Below are positions 1-14,381 of a stretch of 64,000 bases of DNA, in pieces. Within the stretch, counting starts at the first letter, position 1, and each line of letters opens with the position of its first letter. The stretch is taken from NCBI GenBank assembly GCA_030704615.1, contig CM060734.1, positions 33,666,001 through 33,730,000 on the forward strand, in the 5' to 3' direction. The position numbers and the translations under genes were made by a program. The notes below the pieces were generated by a model. It made no database searches, had not been told where the DNA came from, and worked only from the letters and a program-made list of their open reading frames with translations. The DNA comes from Takakia lepidozioides. Lineage: Eukaryota > Plantae > Bryophyta.

Positions 1-89
1 AATTGGAATGCAGAGAGCAAGCATTTTAAGGTCACCAGAGTACCACTCAAACTAAGCCATAATGATACCTGTTTGTGTACAATGTGCAG

Positions 90-293
90 GTGACATTGGG
101 AATATCTACTCTGTTGATGTATGTTCCAGTCTCATTGGGTGCGGCTCACCAGGCTGGGGCCCTAACTCTGTTCACCATTATACTTGCCCTAGTGCACTCC
201 TTGCGGCGGCCATCATCAGCAGCTCTTAAAACCCTGACCTCCGATTCTTCGTTGCGCAAGGGCAACTGGAAACTGGCTACCAAGGCCCTTTGA
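90..293 (+). CDS. COX15: Final coding exon of heme A synthase / cytochrome c oxidase assembly protein COX15 (rest of gene lies left of the window)
   Basis: Acceptor tgcAG at 88-89, then VTLGISTLLMYVPVSLGAAHQAGALTL..., matching the plant COX15 C-terminal helix with the conserved HQAGA; stop TGA at 291-293. Confidence 0.88.
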   Translation: MTLGISTLLMYVPVSLGAAHQAGALTLFTIILALVHSLRRPSSAALKTLTSDSSLRKGNWKLATKAL

Positions 294-1624
294 TTAGGAT
301 TTCTGCTAAACAATACCCCCTACTTCCAAAGTCTGTACCCCATGCTAATATGCCATTCCAACGCACCACATTTGGTGGACCCTTGTTGGTTCGCACTCAT
401 GGAAACAACTGACTCGAGGCTGGACGGAAAGTCATAACCCCCAGAGTGCTCTGGAAGATTGGAAGGTGGTAATGGCTGCACCATTCAGGCCTGTCTTCAT
501 TCCTAGAAAAGTTCCACATGGCATATGTACATGATAATACCCCACCAAAGCAGCAGTAATTATGGTGCAGGCAATTTTATCTCATACCCATTTATCTCAT
601 TAACCATCAAAGGTTGATGCGTTACTTCCTATTGGTGATCCAGCCAGGGAACAACCTTTGCACGCCCTTTGGTGCTTTCTAGAACCCCCAAGTGTGTTGA
701 ACATAATTCCAAAATGAAGTAATGCCATCTTGTTTGGGTTTCAGGAGAGAGGGTTTGAGTCTGACCTTCAAGTATGCAATGTGGTCAGCATTAGACTTGC
801 ACTTGACTGGAGCGTTTATAACAATGCTACACTATGATCTGATAAGTTCCCATAGAGGAGTGGCAGATCAAATGCACGACAATCTCAACGCTTTTTATTC
901 TGAAGGAATATTATCATGTGCTTGCTATATCATGTGCACTGTCCATAGAAAGGTTTCCAAAATCTGAGATTGATTTACATTGTCCTGCGAATTGCTGTTT
1001 ATGAAGACATTTGTGCGGATTACAAACACTAAGGTGACAAACATTAAGGTGATATCCAGATTTTACACTATCCACTATTAATCTCATTGTGCAGTTTGAT
1101 GCAGAATGGGCATCTATCTCTCTTCTACCATGTTTTAGACCTGTAACATACACTTTGATTATTTCAAGGAGTCTATTCAAGGTGCCAAAATGGATAGATG
1201 CCAAATTGATGCTGACCAGCATGCCATTATTTTGAAGGGGACAACTTGTTAAGAGGCTGATGTCTAAGACTTAAGGCATTGAATTGGTTGCCTTCAGCGA
1301 TTTGTCTGCTAGTATATGAACTAAACCCAGTAGTTCGATCAAGCATATTTCCAAGATGACGACAGTTAACATGTGGCAATGTACAACATGTACAAGGCTC
1401 GTTCAATCTGCAATAGAAAAGCAGTAAATTGGCTTGCTAAAAATTATCACATGTGGACTATATGGCATCACAGTTGCCAGTGGTATCAAGAATCCCAAGC
1501 CTGCGAGGGATATATTACAATTGACAATTCATTTACAGATATTGAACAAAGAGACACACTACCAAAGAACTTTATAACTATAGACCCCTTAAGAACCTGA
1601 GGGTCATAATTGGGCTGATTATCT

Positions 1625-4600
1625 CTAAGCCGTAGTAAGAGCAGCTACGGACGCTGTCTCCGAAATTTGGGCAGCTGTCAACAGCAAGGACTTGCGCAGC
1701 TTCACCCTGTATTGTGCCTGGGCGATGACACCCACAAAGCAGCAAAAAAACCCAGTTAGATTGGGTCAGAGACCACTTCTATTAACTAATTTCAAGAGTT
1801 TGGATAGCTTATATGGGGTTGGTTTTTTGTTTAGTGTACCATGTATATGAGGTACTGCTGCTGGTTGACTATTGAGCCAGATGGGTGAATGCCACTGCTA
1901 CATTAGAATCAGGAAGCTTTCTGTCGGCTAGTGGAAGCATGACCGTGGCACGCATGATAATCCTTGCAAGCAAACCCCTCACTGTCTACAATAAACCAGA
2001 CTATAAAAAGATTAGGTGATATCTCTCCTCCTTCCAGTGCAGGTGAGGGAGTTATTGCTTTGGAGCTAATGAATGGGTTGAATACTCTGCCCTACTCCAT
2101 TACATGGCCTGGCATACAAACCCACACAACTGCTCATACTAGAAGTATCTGGCATTTGCACTAACAATTCGGAAGAAGAGTGGCGCACACCTGCTTGTTG
2201 GGCCCAAATTCAATCATGTCAGCAGGACGTAATCTTACTGGCATTGACGGTGGGACTTTATAGCGGCCTCCATTGACACTGCAATCCACCAAAAAATTCA
2301 GCACCTGGGCAAACCATCATCTTGTGGGTCGATTACATGCAGATTCTTGCTTCAGTCTGATGTTGACTACTTGAATAATTAAACATGATAGAGAAGCATT
2401 TTGACAAAATCCTCAAATTCTGACTAACGCGAGACCCTTTCAGCAGGGTATCACCCCTGAATCATTCCGTTAGTAATATACATACATACAGTCAAGGGGT
2501 GTTCATGTAGAGAGCAGTCCCCAAAGTAAACTTACCTGGTGATCCATGTGCCAAACTTGCTGTTCAGATCAGTGAGGAAAAAAGCACCGTCTTTAGAAAC
2601 AATTTGTGCATGTTTCTCTGCAACCTGTTCCCCATAGTCTCTTTCACGTCAGTCTCTTCAATGTCAATCTATTCATAGGAGACTTACAAGACAAAATCTA
2701 CCCATTCCTCTACAATGCAGTGTCCATGCTTTACGCAGCTAAATGCCTCAAATCCCTACCAGACTTCTTCTTAGCCAGCCAACTTATATACTATAAAAAC
2801 TTAATTTGCTCCAAACACTGGACACTACAATAATCTACATAAGACCAACCTGTAATCATAACCTCTTGTAACACACAAAATGTGAAATAGAAAGTTGCTT
2901 TGTCTAATAGATGCATGAACCTTGGCAACCTACAAGAATGATAAAGTGTAAGCTCGCGCAAAGTATGGAGAACTACTACACTGCCCCAATCACCTGAGGA
3001 ATATTGACAACAGCATTGTCTCCCTCCGCCTCTTTGCATGCTGCACTTCTGCCATTACAAACACCCAACCTGACAGCTAAATGCCTGCACTGAAGAAAAA
3101 TTGACATACCACTTCTCCACTGACACTGAGCTGGCTTTCATAAGGGGCATAACCAGCCACCTTTCAAAGGTAAAGGACAAAGAGAGAATGTAAGCCTGTT
3201 TTCCAAACCACTGTTTGATTTGATAGCTATGCTTAACATCATGGTAGGCCACTGAACGACTTCCAGGTACAAACTCACCCAATGACGGTTGGTCTACCGT
3301 CAGTCCCACCAATATGCAGCAGGTGCTTGCCATTGTCAGTCACATTGCCCTCCAGAGGCATCCTCTCTCCAGCAGGAACCAGATACCACCTGCATGTGTG
3401 GGGGGGTATGCTCGGCCTTAATTTCATGTCATTTTTTACTGGACTATATGATCTACAGGACCTGAGTCAGATGTATTCTGTACCATATCTAACAAAACTA
3501 CAAACAGCAGAATGTGGCACTATTTTGCAGAAGAGTGTGTACACTTCTTCCTGAAAATGGGCACAGGTTAGAGAGAAGATGCGCACTCTGCTATTGTGGC
3601 CCTTTCCAGCGCATCATTGTCCCAGAACCACTGTTTCATCTTCTCATCAGCCTGATAAACACAAAATTCCACATTAAGCTGTAAGACAAACCTTTGAACC
3701 CGACATTGTAGTGATTTGGTTGTTTGTAAAACCTTCTCATCCCAAGGACTCCTTTGGCTCCCAGTGTACATCCTCAAGTTCATCTCTATCTCCGCATCTA
3801 CTCTTGTCCCTTCGGCCTTTGGGCCTCCCCCAGATGTACCAAATATATCAATTTCCTTTTGAGGCACTGTCTTCAAGGAATGTCTCGATTCTTTTGACAT
3901 AGTTTTTGTTTCTCTCTATATACTGCTTTCCTTCAGTACCATCATAAGTCACTCTGGCCTACTGTTGCCTTGATATGTTTTTTCTCTTCCTTTGCTTCTC
4001 GTTCTGTCCAGAAGATCGATTTGTCCTTCCCAAAATGTCAAGCAGAGAAATACAGAAATTCGTCTGTGTCTGTCTTTCACATCTTGTACATCTACTGGGC
4101 ACCTAATTTCATATATATCGTTCTGTCCAAGAATTTCAACAAGGTATATCTAAGTAGTCCCATCCCACCACCATATCAGTGAACACGATTTCTTGCCATT
4201 TGAATAATAGGGTGGTAGGGGTGAGATACAGGAGCATGAGAATACCATGCTTCGTGCTAAGACCCTTATTCACATGGAGTTTGCTCTTAACCTAAAACAG
4301 CTGCATATTTCTCACAGCAATTCAAAAGAATCACACCAAGTGGGTATGAAACCGTACCTTATCCTCAAGTCTGCAGTAGGGTGCCCTTCCCTCTAGTGCA
4401 AAGCTGCCAGTGTAAATTAAATAGAGCTTCCTTCAGAATGATCAACCCTGCCTCCTTATGTAACCGTCTACCACCTCATTATTTCTAAGATTCTCAAGCC
4501 TTCTACCACTTTCTTAGGACTCAAATGAGCAACCACATGCGTGGAATAAGCATGAAAGGGGGTGATGATGATAACTTCTACATCCAGGACAGTGCACATT

Positions 4601-7600
4601 GTAGTGAGATACCCAGCAATAGTAAATTAGTTCATCGAGTATGCTCCCATGTATCTTTATCAGTGTTGTGGTTTGCTAGCTCATTCAACCCCTAACTTTC
4701 CTATGCACGCTGTCTGTCGTCACTGGATCTTGTGCACTCAAGATAGAGAAATGAGTGTCCTCTATGGGAATCTTGACTATAATTTTCGTAATGGGTTGAA
4801 TTCATTTAAAAGAAGGAACTCAAAGTGCAATCCATCAGTTGGATAGCTTGGACAAAACTGCATTTGAAAAAACTTTCCAAAAAACAGATGGATACCTGTT
4901 ACCGCCGAGTATCCAACTGAGCATGACAGGCATGCCTATGCTGATGAAGAATTGCCCTCCCACTCTTCCTGGGTGTGGTATCCTCAATTTTGTCAAAATC
5001 TGTCGCCAATCCCACGCAATGGTTACAGAAAAGAAGTTAGGCCCAACTGCTATTACCCAACAGAAGATGAAAGCAATCTTTTCCACTACATGTAAAGCTA
5101 AATGTTGCTCTACTTGCCTCCCTTTTAATGACCCATCACTGGATGTTTTATTTGTTCTTTCTAAAGAAGGGGGCGACAGCCCTGAAAAGATTCATTCCCA
5201 ATTAGTGCGTATTGTGTTTACAAGAATTGTTGATTATATCTCATATCACCCTTTCTTGAGGCATCGCAGAACTAAAGGGAATAATTTAAGGTTAGTACTG
5301 CGCTTTTCAAAGCTCCTTACTCCTTGTGGTTTTGGAACAAGTCCATTCACAAACAACCAAATAACCAGTAGGAAAAATGAAGCCTCACCGACAGGGGTCC
5401 AAGACCTTCTCCAAGATAGGGCTTGTATGTGGAAGCCATGATAGCAGCCATCCTTGCCATGCCATGAATTGCCCCAACTCGTAACCTTCTCTTGCCCTCA
5501 TATCTGCAAGATATGAGGCTTGTTATGCAAGTGGTCTTATATAGGCAACAGACACAGTGGACTATTTCTTTCTGCTTCCTCCTATGGAAGAAGAGTAGTT
5601 AACAGCTAAGCACTTCCCGCAAGATTAGAGAACAGACTGCTTGGGACCATCTGCAACTTCAAGAGCAAGCTAGTGTGCACCGGCCAGAAATCGGTAATCT
5701 GGAGTCAAGGACATTCCTGACCCCTGGACATCTGTCTCTCAGAGAGATCACTCTAACACCCCAACTAGTAGTTCACCTAAGTGTGTGTGACTACGAGCTA
5801 CTGTGACCTCCCCATGAGTCAACTTTGCAGTGCACACGTCGTTGGTGGACAAAGAAGCAATACCTTTTCAGTACTCCAGGAATGTCGACAGATTCTTCCT
5901 CCCTACTCTGCTTGAAGGCCTTATCAAGATCCAATGCAAGCTGAAACCCGTCCTGTTCATCCAAAGGCGAGTCCATATGGATCCTCATATAAGATAGAGG
6001 AAAGGATGGGGGAGGAGGACTTAAAGAGTCCATATGGATCATGACATAAGCATGGAAGAAAGGATGGGCAGGAGGACGTAAAAAGAGACACTGGGCAATA
6101 GAGATAGAAAGTAAAGGGGTCCAGAGCAGAAGTAAGCATGGAAGACTAAGAGAAATGAAGGTAAGGATGTACTCATAAGACATTGTTTGCTGTAGCCATG
6201 TGGCCATAGACCCCGCACCCAGTTTGAGCAGAACAAAAGGGAACAGATGTACCTTTGTGAGGGGGAATGAAGGTAAGGAGAGCAGACAAGCACAATGGAT
6301 TCACTAACTCTACTTAAGGCTATCGACATGCAGACAGGGACTACTGGAATGCAAGTACCTCAATGGCCATACAGCCACCTTGGCCCAGATTAGGCTGCAT
6401 GGCATGGGCTGAATCACCAAGAAGAGTGACCAGGCCCTTTCCCCAGGTCAAGAGAGGCACTCGGTCATAGATATCTCGCCGCAGTATCTGCTCCTCAGGT
6501 GTAGCTAACAGCAGATCCACCGCATTATCACACCAGTGCCCAAACAGCTCCAGCAGCCTTGCCTTTCTTCCTGCATGGAAATGTCGACGATATCACATAA
6601 CCCTTTCCACCCCTCCCCAACAGACAATCCAATGGGCCCTCGTGGGCCCCCAAGTAAATAATGAAGTTTCTTTCTTTTCTTCCTTTCTCTGGTTGGCTCT
6701 GTCAAAATACCTATATGTAGATATGATATTACAACCTACCTATCTTCGTGTCTGTATACAGAAGTTGACAAGGGCTGAAAATGCTACACAAAGTTTGCAC
6801 AGCCAATATTTAGCTAAGCCCTGACAACCCCACCAACACTCCCAAGCTTGACCTGGACAGCCTAGGCAGAGGCCTTACCAAAGATATATGCACACCAGAC
6901 TTCACAAAAATGAGAAATTGAAGTTGCTAGACAATATAATTCCAATCCCAAATGGGAAAGTGTGCAGGCAAAGAAGGGTACACTTGGATAGGAAGTTACG
7001 GACCACCAGGAGGGTCAACACCGCCAGCTGGCTCATTGTAGAAGGCATACCATTGCATCTTCCCATGCCCAACATCTGAAGACACGAAATACTGCTTGTG
7101 CCCCAAGAAAACACGATACCTACACCCGTCCACTACACACGTGGTAAAAAATTTGTTCCTCCTTGTCATTCGCTCACTCCTCTCTCTTCCCCTTTCTTTG
7201 TATAGTGTGGCTGGGCTGGGCAAGTAAAGCCACATGTGCTAATGTGTTCAAGGTAACCGGCAACAGTAGCAGTGCTGGTCCACAGCTCTGCACATTATGA
7301 AGTCAGCCCTCAACCAACCCTCAATAATCAGATGAACCTCAGCTGTAATGCAAGCATGAGGCTAAGTTTTGTAACCTGGTGAGCTAGCTTTCACGACCAT
7401 AGTATCTCGTGAGACTAGTCCTTCCATAAGCCAACGCCACTGTCTAAAAGGTGGAGTCAATGCATATCTCCGTAAATCTTTTCTATCTTACAAAGAATAG
7501 GATGTACAATTCAGTATCAATGCAATGCCAATCTTCATACGGAAACTGAATAGTCGACACCATTTTCAGGGAACCATATCCTTCCATGTCTCCTACCCCC

Positions 7601-9958
7601 TGTCTCTCCGCCCCAACTCAAGCTTTCAAGCTGGGTGTTAAAGACTGCCTACAGACAGGAAATGCCTGGATACCTAGCAAAAGCCAGGCTCAAAAGGAAG
7701 TTGAGGATGTAAGAATACCCGACTGTGTTAATGTCAGCAGGCATAAAATCTGCAATGCCTGTGTAGCAGGTGTAGCCTGAGTAGGTGGCCTCCTTGTGAC
7801 CCAGCAATTTCGTGCGCACCTGTCAATGTCACAACTCTCTCTCATCACTGTAGTCCATATGTAGATGTCCACAATCCATATGCCACTGATTACTGTAAAG
7901 AGATGGAGTTCACATGTATGCAATGGAGACCACTAAAGACAGATCATACAAGCTGTTGCAAGACCCTCAACCCTGCCATGACATCACGAGCCACTGAAAG
8001 CATTGAAAACAGTAAACTGAAGCAATTTCTGAATCCCCCAATATATGCCTGCCACAGACTTCTAAGTGCATTTGGACAAAAAAGACAAGTAACCCGGCGC
8101 CATATCACAGTGGCAGAAGGCCATGGGGAAGCCAGATGTGCCATACACCATGTCAGAGTGAGAAGTCCCGTAAAAGGCCCATCTCTGGCCAGCTCGAATC
8201 ATGCGATAGATCAATCTTGATTGTACCAACAGAAGGTATGATTTAGTAATCTTTCCATAAGGAAGGACCAAAGTAATACCTTGGACCGGATGCCATCGGC
8301 CCCCACAAGCACATCACCTTCAAAGCGCCGCCCATCCTCCAGCACTGCAGTCACCTGGAAAACAATCGGGCATATTAACAAGCCGTAAATGTTGCAGTTG
8401 CCAAATTGATTTGATTATGAGATTAAGTTGGACACTTGCCACTGCAACAACCTCCTAGGCATGCTCGCAGACTTCCCTGTAGGCCCACTAAAAAAAGCAA
8501 TAGCAAATTTCGACAAAATACCACAACATTGAGGCCCAAAACAAGCCTACCCAACTGGAAGATCCACACTCTGCTCCCAAAAAAGAAGAGGGAGCGAGCC
8601 CATGCACATCATACCACCCCGAAGACAATTGCAGGTAAATGGTTGGTGTTTTCACTGGATTTTAATCTGCTTTCTATAGTGGGCAGGGTCACTACCAAAA
8701 GCAGAAATTAGACAATTTACAAGGTACTTCGTGTGCGCCTCTTTGTCCATACCGAGACAGCAAGGTGCTCTCTCTCTCTCTCTCTCTCCCCCCCTCTCTC
8801 ACACACACAAACAAACACACATATGTATCCCCTTAGACCTCCCACGAAACTAACAGGTTTCCTTTTCTTATCTTTCTCTCTCAAGGACCTCAAGCAGGAA
8901 AGGAATTACGCAGATGGGGTAAAAGTCTCGACCCACATAAGCTCACAAACTTCAACAACACAGGCGCAGGTCAAGGAATGTAAGAGATGGCATACTTTGG
9001 TGCCATCATCCACAAAGTCGACAACATTTGCGCCATTTTCAATTATTGAGGGTCCCACTGCCCGTGAGAGAATCTCCTGAAGCTTGATGCGACTTATTAC
9101 TCGAGTCACTGGTAGACCCCTCTCCACTGCAGGTGTGAAAGTATCAAACTTGCAATACCTACATTTCACCGACCCAAATGAGAATCGAGATCCAAAAACC
9201 TAGATTTCCTTACAGGAAAGCTGTGGAATTTCCTGTGCGTTTGGGTAATCCCTAGTGATGTACGGAGCTGCTATAATCTGCATGTATTGAATTTAACACA
9301 TGCATCTCTCTCGCCTTTAAGATTTTGAAGGAAATCCGAGCAAATACCATTCGCCAGTGAGGCCGTCAACTAATCCATTAATCCGGTCACCAGTGACACA
9401 TCCATTTTCCATAATCTCGTGTGCAGCAGCTAGATCCACAGCTTCTAGTGCTGCCAGCGCATTGCTCTGAATTTGAATGGGGCCGCGGTACTGACCCTCC
9501 CCTCTAATTGCACTAAAATCCCTCTCGAACACCGTCACATCTATCCCCTTATTTTTGGCAGCAAGTGCCAGCACAAGACCACCAATCCCCCCTCCTGCTA
9601 CCAATAACCGCAAGGGCCGCTTGGCTCCTTGTCTCGCCCCATCTCGACGCTCGTCTTCTAGTTTCAACGAGGCCTCCAAAGAGTCTTGAGACGCTTGAAT
9701 TAATTCTGGGGGAGCATGCGACTGCACAGCTTCCTGAAAAATCCCCGCTCTGACAGCGAAGTAACCTCGTCTTCTACTCCGATTCCTTTTCCCTCTACTT
9801 CCGAACAACCATGAATCCCTCCTCAACCCACTAATATCCGACGTCACAGCAGCCCCGCGAGCTAACTCCAGAGACCTGGGAATGTCATTTAGCACGGCCT
9901 GTAGCGAGAGAGGGGACGCCGAGGTCTGCACCACTAACGCAGCACAGCACGCCGCCAT
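1625..9958 (-). CDS. ZEP: Zeaxanthin epoxidase (ABA1 homolog), 16 exons, FAD-dependent monooxygenase with C-terminal FHA domain
   Basis: Exons read by hand with GT-AG ends: 9958-9348, 9158-8996, 8354-8280, 7819-7719, 7119-7004, 6570-6359, 5952-5864, 5503-5389, 4999-4896, 4403-4358, 3651-3587, 3389-3279, 3048-2994, 2624-2536, 2278-2191, 1717-1625. Motifs: [78 protein letters not shown]-type [13 protein letters not shown]; Ser/Ala/Arg-rich transit-peptide-like N-terminus. Confidence 0.96.
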
Positions 9959-10287
9959 CCTGCTTCCTTCACTAAATCCCAGACCCACCAGCCCTCCTGA
10001 GCCAATCCTCTTTCTCTAACAACGGAAACACCTCCAAAGCCTGCCTTGAATTCGCTCACCCCGCCCTCACCACACTATACAACACACCTTCTGTGCGTGC
10101 GTATGTGTGTGAGAGAGAGAGAGAGAAGAAGCGAGAGCACTTGACAGGCAACTCAGCGGCTGCCATCGCTCGCGATCTTTCAGGATTATCCCCTCTGAAA
10201 ACAAATCCATCACTCGGATTTGAAGAGATGAATGTACCTTGGATGAAACTTTCTGGCCAGTTTCGTTCCGGGAACCACGGCCTGGGG

Positions 10288-10421
10288 ACGCGTGGTAGCT
10301 CAACATTGCAGGAAAAGTCACGAGTGACGGAAGCCGTCGATTGAGGGTAGGCGATGGATAAGCGATCTTCGTACTCACGTGGCTCCCCTCCACCAGCTTG
10401 GCTGCAGAGAAAACACGTGTC
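10288..10421. promoter_or_regulatory. Cluster of ABRE/G-box-like elements upstream of ZEP
   Basis: ACGCGTGG (CE3-like) 10288-10295, GATAAG 10357-10362, CACGTGGC 10376-10383 and CACGTGTC 10414-10421, all 330-460 bp upstream of the ZEP ATG. Motif match only. Confidence 0.45.
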
Positions 10422-12619
10422 GCGGGGAGGAGCAGCAAGCAAGAAACAGTAACAGTAATTAGTAACAGTAATCCACGACGAGGAAAATGGTAATTGGACA
10501 CCCGTGTCTGGCGAAACCTGGCGAAACGCCGCTCCATTGTATCGCCGAGAATGGCGTGTGGGAAGTGCGGCCAGGTGGTGGCGACGGCGGTGGTTTTCTT
10601 TTTTCTTTTTTCTTTAAATTTACAGAACAGGAGGATAGTAGCCCTGGAAACTTTATTAAGTAAGGAAAAAATGAGCGTTAGGGATTCTCCGTTAGAGAAT
10701 GAGGAGATGGAGGTTAATTGGAGGCATAAGCGGAGTCAGCTCTCATTTAATGCTCCTAAGAGAAAAAGGGGAGCACGTAATTCGCTCCCATCGGTTCTCT
10801 TGCTGAACGTAGGCTTCCATGCTGGTCTTCTGCTTAGGTAGCTTCAGTACTTAGTTTAGTGCTGTTGTACTTTAGTGCCTGGTAGCTTTTGTAGCTCTAT
10901 GGGCCTTGCCTTTTGCCTCTGTCTGTTCTTGAGGGATTAGGCCTAAGGTCGATCTGGTGGCTCTCTGGTGCATGCAGCTCTTTCCTTAAGTCTCATCTTT
11001 CACTTGCTCCCTTCCCTGTTCCTTTGGTCACGAGTGGCCTCATTTCTCGGCCTTCATGGCTCTTGTAAGGTTATTTTTTCCTTACCTTCAATAAATATCG
11101 AGGGCTACAATCCCCCTGTTCTGTTTTTTTTTAGGGTGGTGATACATGAAAATGTTTAAGTGGTTTGTGCACCTGTGGCAGACTTTAAAAAACATACAAG
11201 TGTCCAAATCATTGTAGGATGATGCCATTGAACAGATGGTTCCAAACAATCAACTTTATTCTGAATCTGAATCACAATATTCATTCTCTGAAGCACTTTC
11301 CTCAACTAGAACAATATTTGGTCATACAAAACTAGCTTGAAATATGGTAGCCAACATAGCTAACTCTTCTCCACTTAGAGCCATGACACCATCTAATGAC
11401 CTAGGTATGGGCTGATCTGATAAGGTAGAGGGTGCCCGTAGACCATCAAAATTTGCATTTTCTCCAATGTCCAAACTTCAATGATAAATTTTAGAATGAA
11501 AATAAATTAAGCTAGTTCCAAAATACAAAATTTCCAAATAATTGAACTCACTACAAGGCTTGAAAATAGTTGTTTACATTTCATTCAAATTTTTATATGT
11601 CACATCTAGTAGATAAGCTGGATAATTTGTGAGCTGTAGCTCCTAGGTGTTTTTCTTTATTTTTTATTTAAAAAATAGATAATCTAATATACTTTGGAAA
11701 AATCTATAGACTTTTTGCAAGAGCCCAAAAATGAGGAGTAGGTAGCATTGTAAGCCTTGAAGCTATCCCCCCAAAAACTACGTCAAACAGGTTTGATATG
11801 ACCCAGATATAGCCAAACATGTATTATATAATTTAAATTTGGTCATATTAATTAGTTCATTTTGGCATGCCTTTATCGATTTCTACTACCACTTCATTAA
11901 AAAAATTAATATTGTACTTTACAATAAGTAAATGAAATTCACATACCGTACCATATATAAAAAGGACGTAGCAGGATTTGAGCCCCAAACCACTGGGATA
12001 ACAAAAAGTGTACTATCCAATAAAAGTTCTAAATAATTCAAAATAGATTTAGGGTTGCGGGGTCGTATGCTGAACGATGAGTCTTGGACTTGGTCGTTTT
12101 TCTTTGTTTGTGTCGTGGGATGATTTGCAAGTGCACAGTTAGGGTCCGAGATGGAGGCTTTGGAGACCAAGTCCAAGACTCAAGCGATGCGGGGAGGGTT
12201 GAAGCTCGATAGCTTCATAGCTTTTTCATACGGCCCTCAATATCATCCTCTCTTCATCCTCCTCTCTCTGTTTGTCCTAGTACGCCCACGCTTTCAATCT
12301 CATCATCTGTTCCCTCACCCCACCTACCCGCACCAAACGTTCTCTTAGCAACGCTCTTGCACTCTAACACAGCCATTCAACACCCTCGCACCCCCTCTAC
12401 ATTTCTATGCTTTTGGTGTGAAAGGGCGCTCGAGGCTTGGATCTTCTGTTGCCGGTCCTTGTTAAGTTGTTTAGGCTGAGCCATTTTGCCGAGGCTTGGA
12501 TATTGTTTCTCTAGGGCATTGCCATGAAGTTGTATCTAGGGCTCAGCCATTTATATATTCATAAAGGGGAAAAAAGGTCATAGTGACATCGTCAGGCTGG
12601 ATGGAATAGTACCAGATGT

Positions 12620-12775
12620 CATTCTGAACAATACTTTGTGATATGTATGTCAAATGTGGGAGCACTGTGGATGCAAAGGAAGTGTTTGATGGGCAAACGA
12701 GATGTGGTGTTCTGGAGTGCTATGATTGCAGGACATGCAAAACATAGATATGGGGGATTGAGGCTTTGGAGACTG
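12620..12775 (+). pseudogene. Pentatricopeptide-repeat (PLS-type) gene fragment
   Basis: Reads DMYVKCGSTVDAKEVFDG, then after a frameshift RDVVFWSAMIAGHAKH; typical PPR motif residues but no continuous ORF. Confidence 0.7.
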
Positions 12776-14090
12776 TGAGCAAATGCCTTCCCGCCACTGT
12801 ATCAGCCTTCCCCAACTTGTTGTTCACTCTGCTTGTGAAGTAGGGCAATGGAGAGGGTTCAAAGTTTCTTTTCTCCTAGAGACTTGAGTTGTTCTTAAGA
12901 GTGTTAAGTGTCATTTACTTTGGAAAAACATATGAACCGGGAACTAACAGTGGAAGGGCCACTAGCACATTTTGGAAGATGTGTTCAGATTGTCACCCTA
13001 GTCTCTCTATGCAGTTGCATTTCCATCTATCTCCTTTGTGAATGGAGGACATGAACTTACAGATCTTCAATCTGGAAGGTACGCTGTGCAAAGAATGTAC
13101 TCATACGTGGTTTGCCGTAGCCTTGTGGTCATTGACCTCGTGCCGAGACCATCTTTGCGATCTTCCTTGTCGCAACATTCACAATAATTTTATTTTTGTA
13201 CAGGGATTCGAACCTTTATAGTTATCCATTATATCATACAAAATTATGGCCGAAAGGCCTTTAAAATTAACCATAAAGATTAAATAAATTGGAGTTTTTG
13301 AAATGTAATATAGAAAATAATTTGATTGAATGAATTTTGACCTTATTGAAATGATGAAGTCTTAGGTTGAAAACATGAGATAATATAGTATTATATATTG
13401 ATTTCTATTTTAAATAAAAACGTTTTTTTAAATTTTTTATTAATAGTTATATTATTTTATATTCATTCTTATTATTAATATTTAAATTAATTCGTTATTA
13501 TAAATATTATATTTGATATATTTGAAATTTTGAAAATGTAATATGATAAAAAATTTGATTGATTAGATATAAAGTAGAATGATGAATCTGAGGTTGAAAG
13601 GATAAATATGATATGTAAAAGTAACAGTAAAAATAAAACATGAGTGTAACTAGGAATGGTTGATTTATGATAATAGATAGAAACAAATGATTGATCGATG
13701 ATGGATAGAATGATAGTTGATTTATGTGGTGACATTCATAGATTATAGGTAGTTCTTTAATTTATATTTAGTTATTATTGTAATAAGTTATTAATATTAT
13801 TATTATATTATATATTTTATAATTTAATCTTTTTATCTATAATTTTTTAATTATAATTAAATATTTATAATATTTAAGCTACATATTCTATATTGATATC
13901 ATGCTTGACTATTTTGATATATTTGTTGAAATGATGTTACATTCAAGTGGCATGATAATAGTGTCATAAACTTTGATGATATATTGAAAATATAAGATAG
14001 CGTGCCTGATCATTTTGAAAATTAAATAAACATTGTTTATTTAGAAATTACTAATACTATGTATAATATTGTATAAATACCCCAAAAAAA

Positions 14091-14381
14091 TCATATATTT
14101 TTATTACATTTTAGAAACCAATATTTTTTACATAATGTTGGACGACCAGAAACTCTATTATAACTGTTTTTATATGTATCTAGACTAGAAATATAACACG
14201 CTTCTAATCTATTGGCTTGGTTACAATCTTTTGCAAGTATTTCTAGAACAAAATTATCAATAAAAGATGTAAAATTCAAAACATCATCTCTCATTTTACT
14301 AGGCGGTTTATATCGATGTTATAAAAACCTATTTGAAAGGTTTATACTTTGACCAACATAAATTTTTCTATTTTGCAAACA
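14091..14381 (-). pseudogene. GIY-YIG endonuclease fragment, 5'-truncated by the adjacent LTR
   Basis: Minus-strand frame NRKIYVGQSINLSNRFL*HRYKPPSKMRDD...FVLEIL...ANRLEACYISSLDTYKNSYN: YVG, Arg, Glu and terminal YN positions as in GIY-YIG; one in-frame TAA; in very AT-rich DNA. Confidence 0.65.

Noticed and set aside
4839-5441. 200-aa plus-strand ORF
   Set aside because: Antisense to ZEP exons 8-9 with no recognisable domain.
10056-10841. Overlapping ORFs upstream of ZEP
   Set aside because: GC-rich promoter/5' UTR sequence with microsatellites; no domain or splice support.
11960-13225. tRNA genes suggested by B-box-like strings near 11973 and 13203
   Set aside because: No cloverleaf could be built; at most degenerate SINE-like relics.
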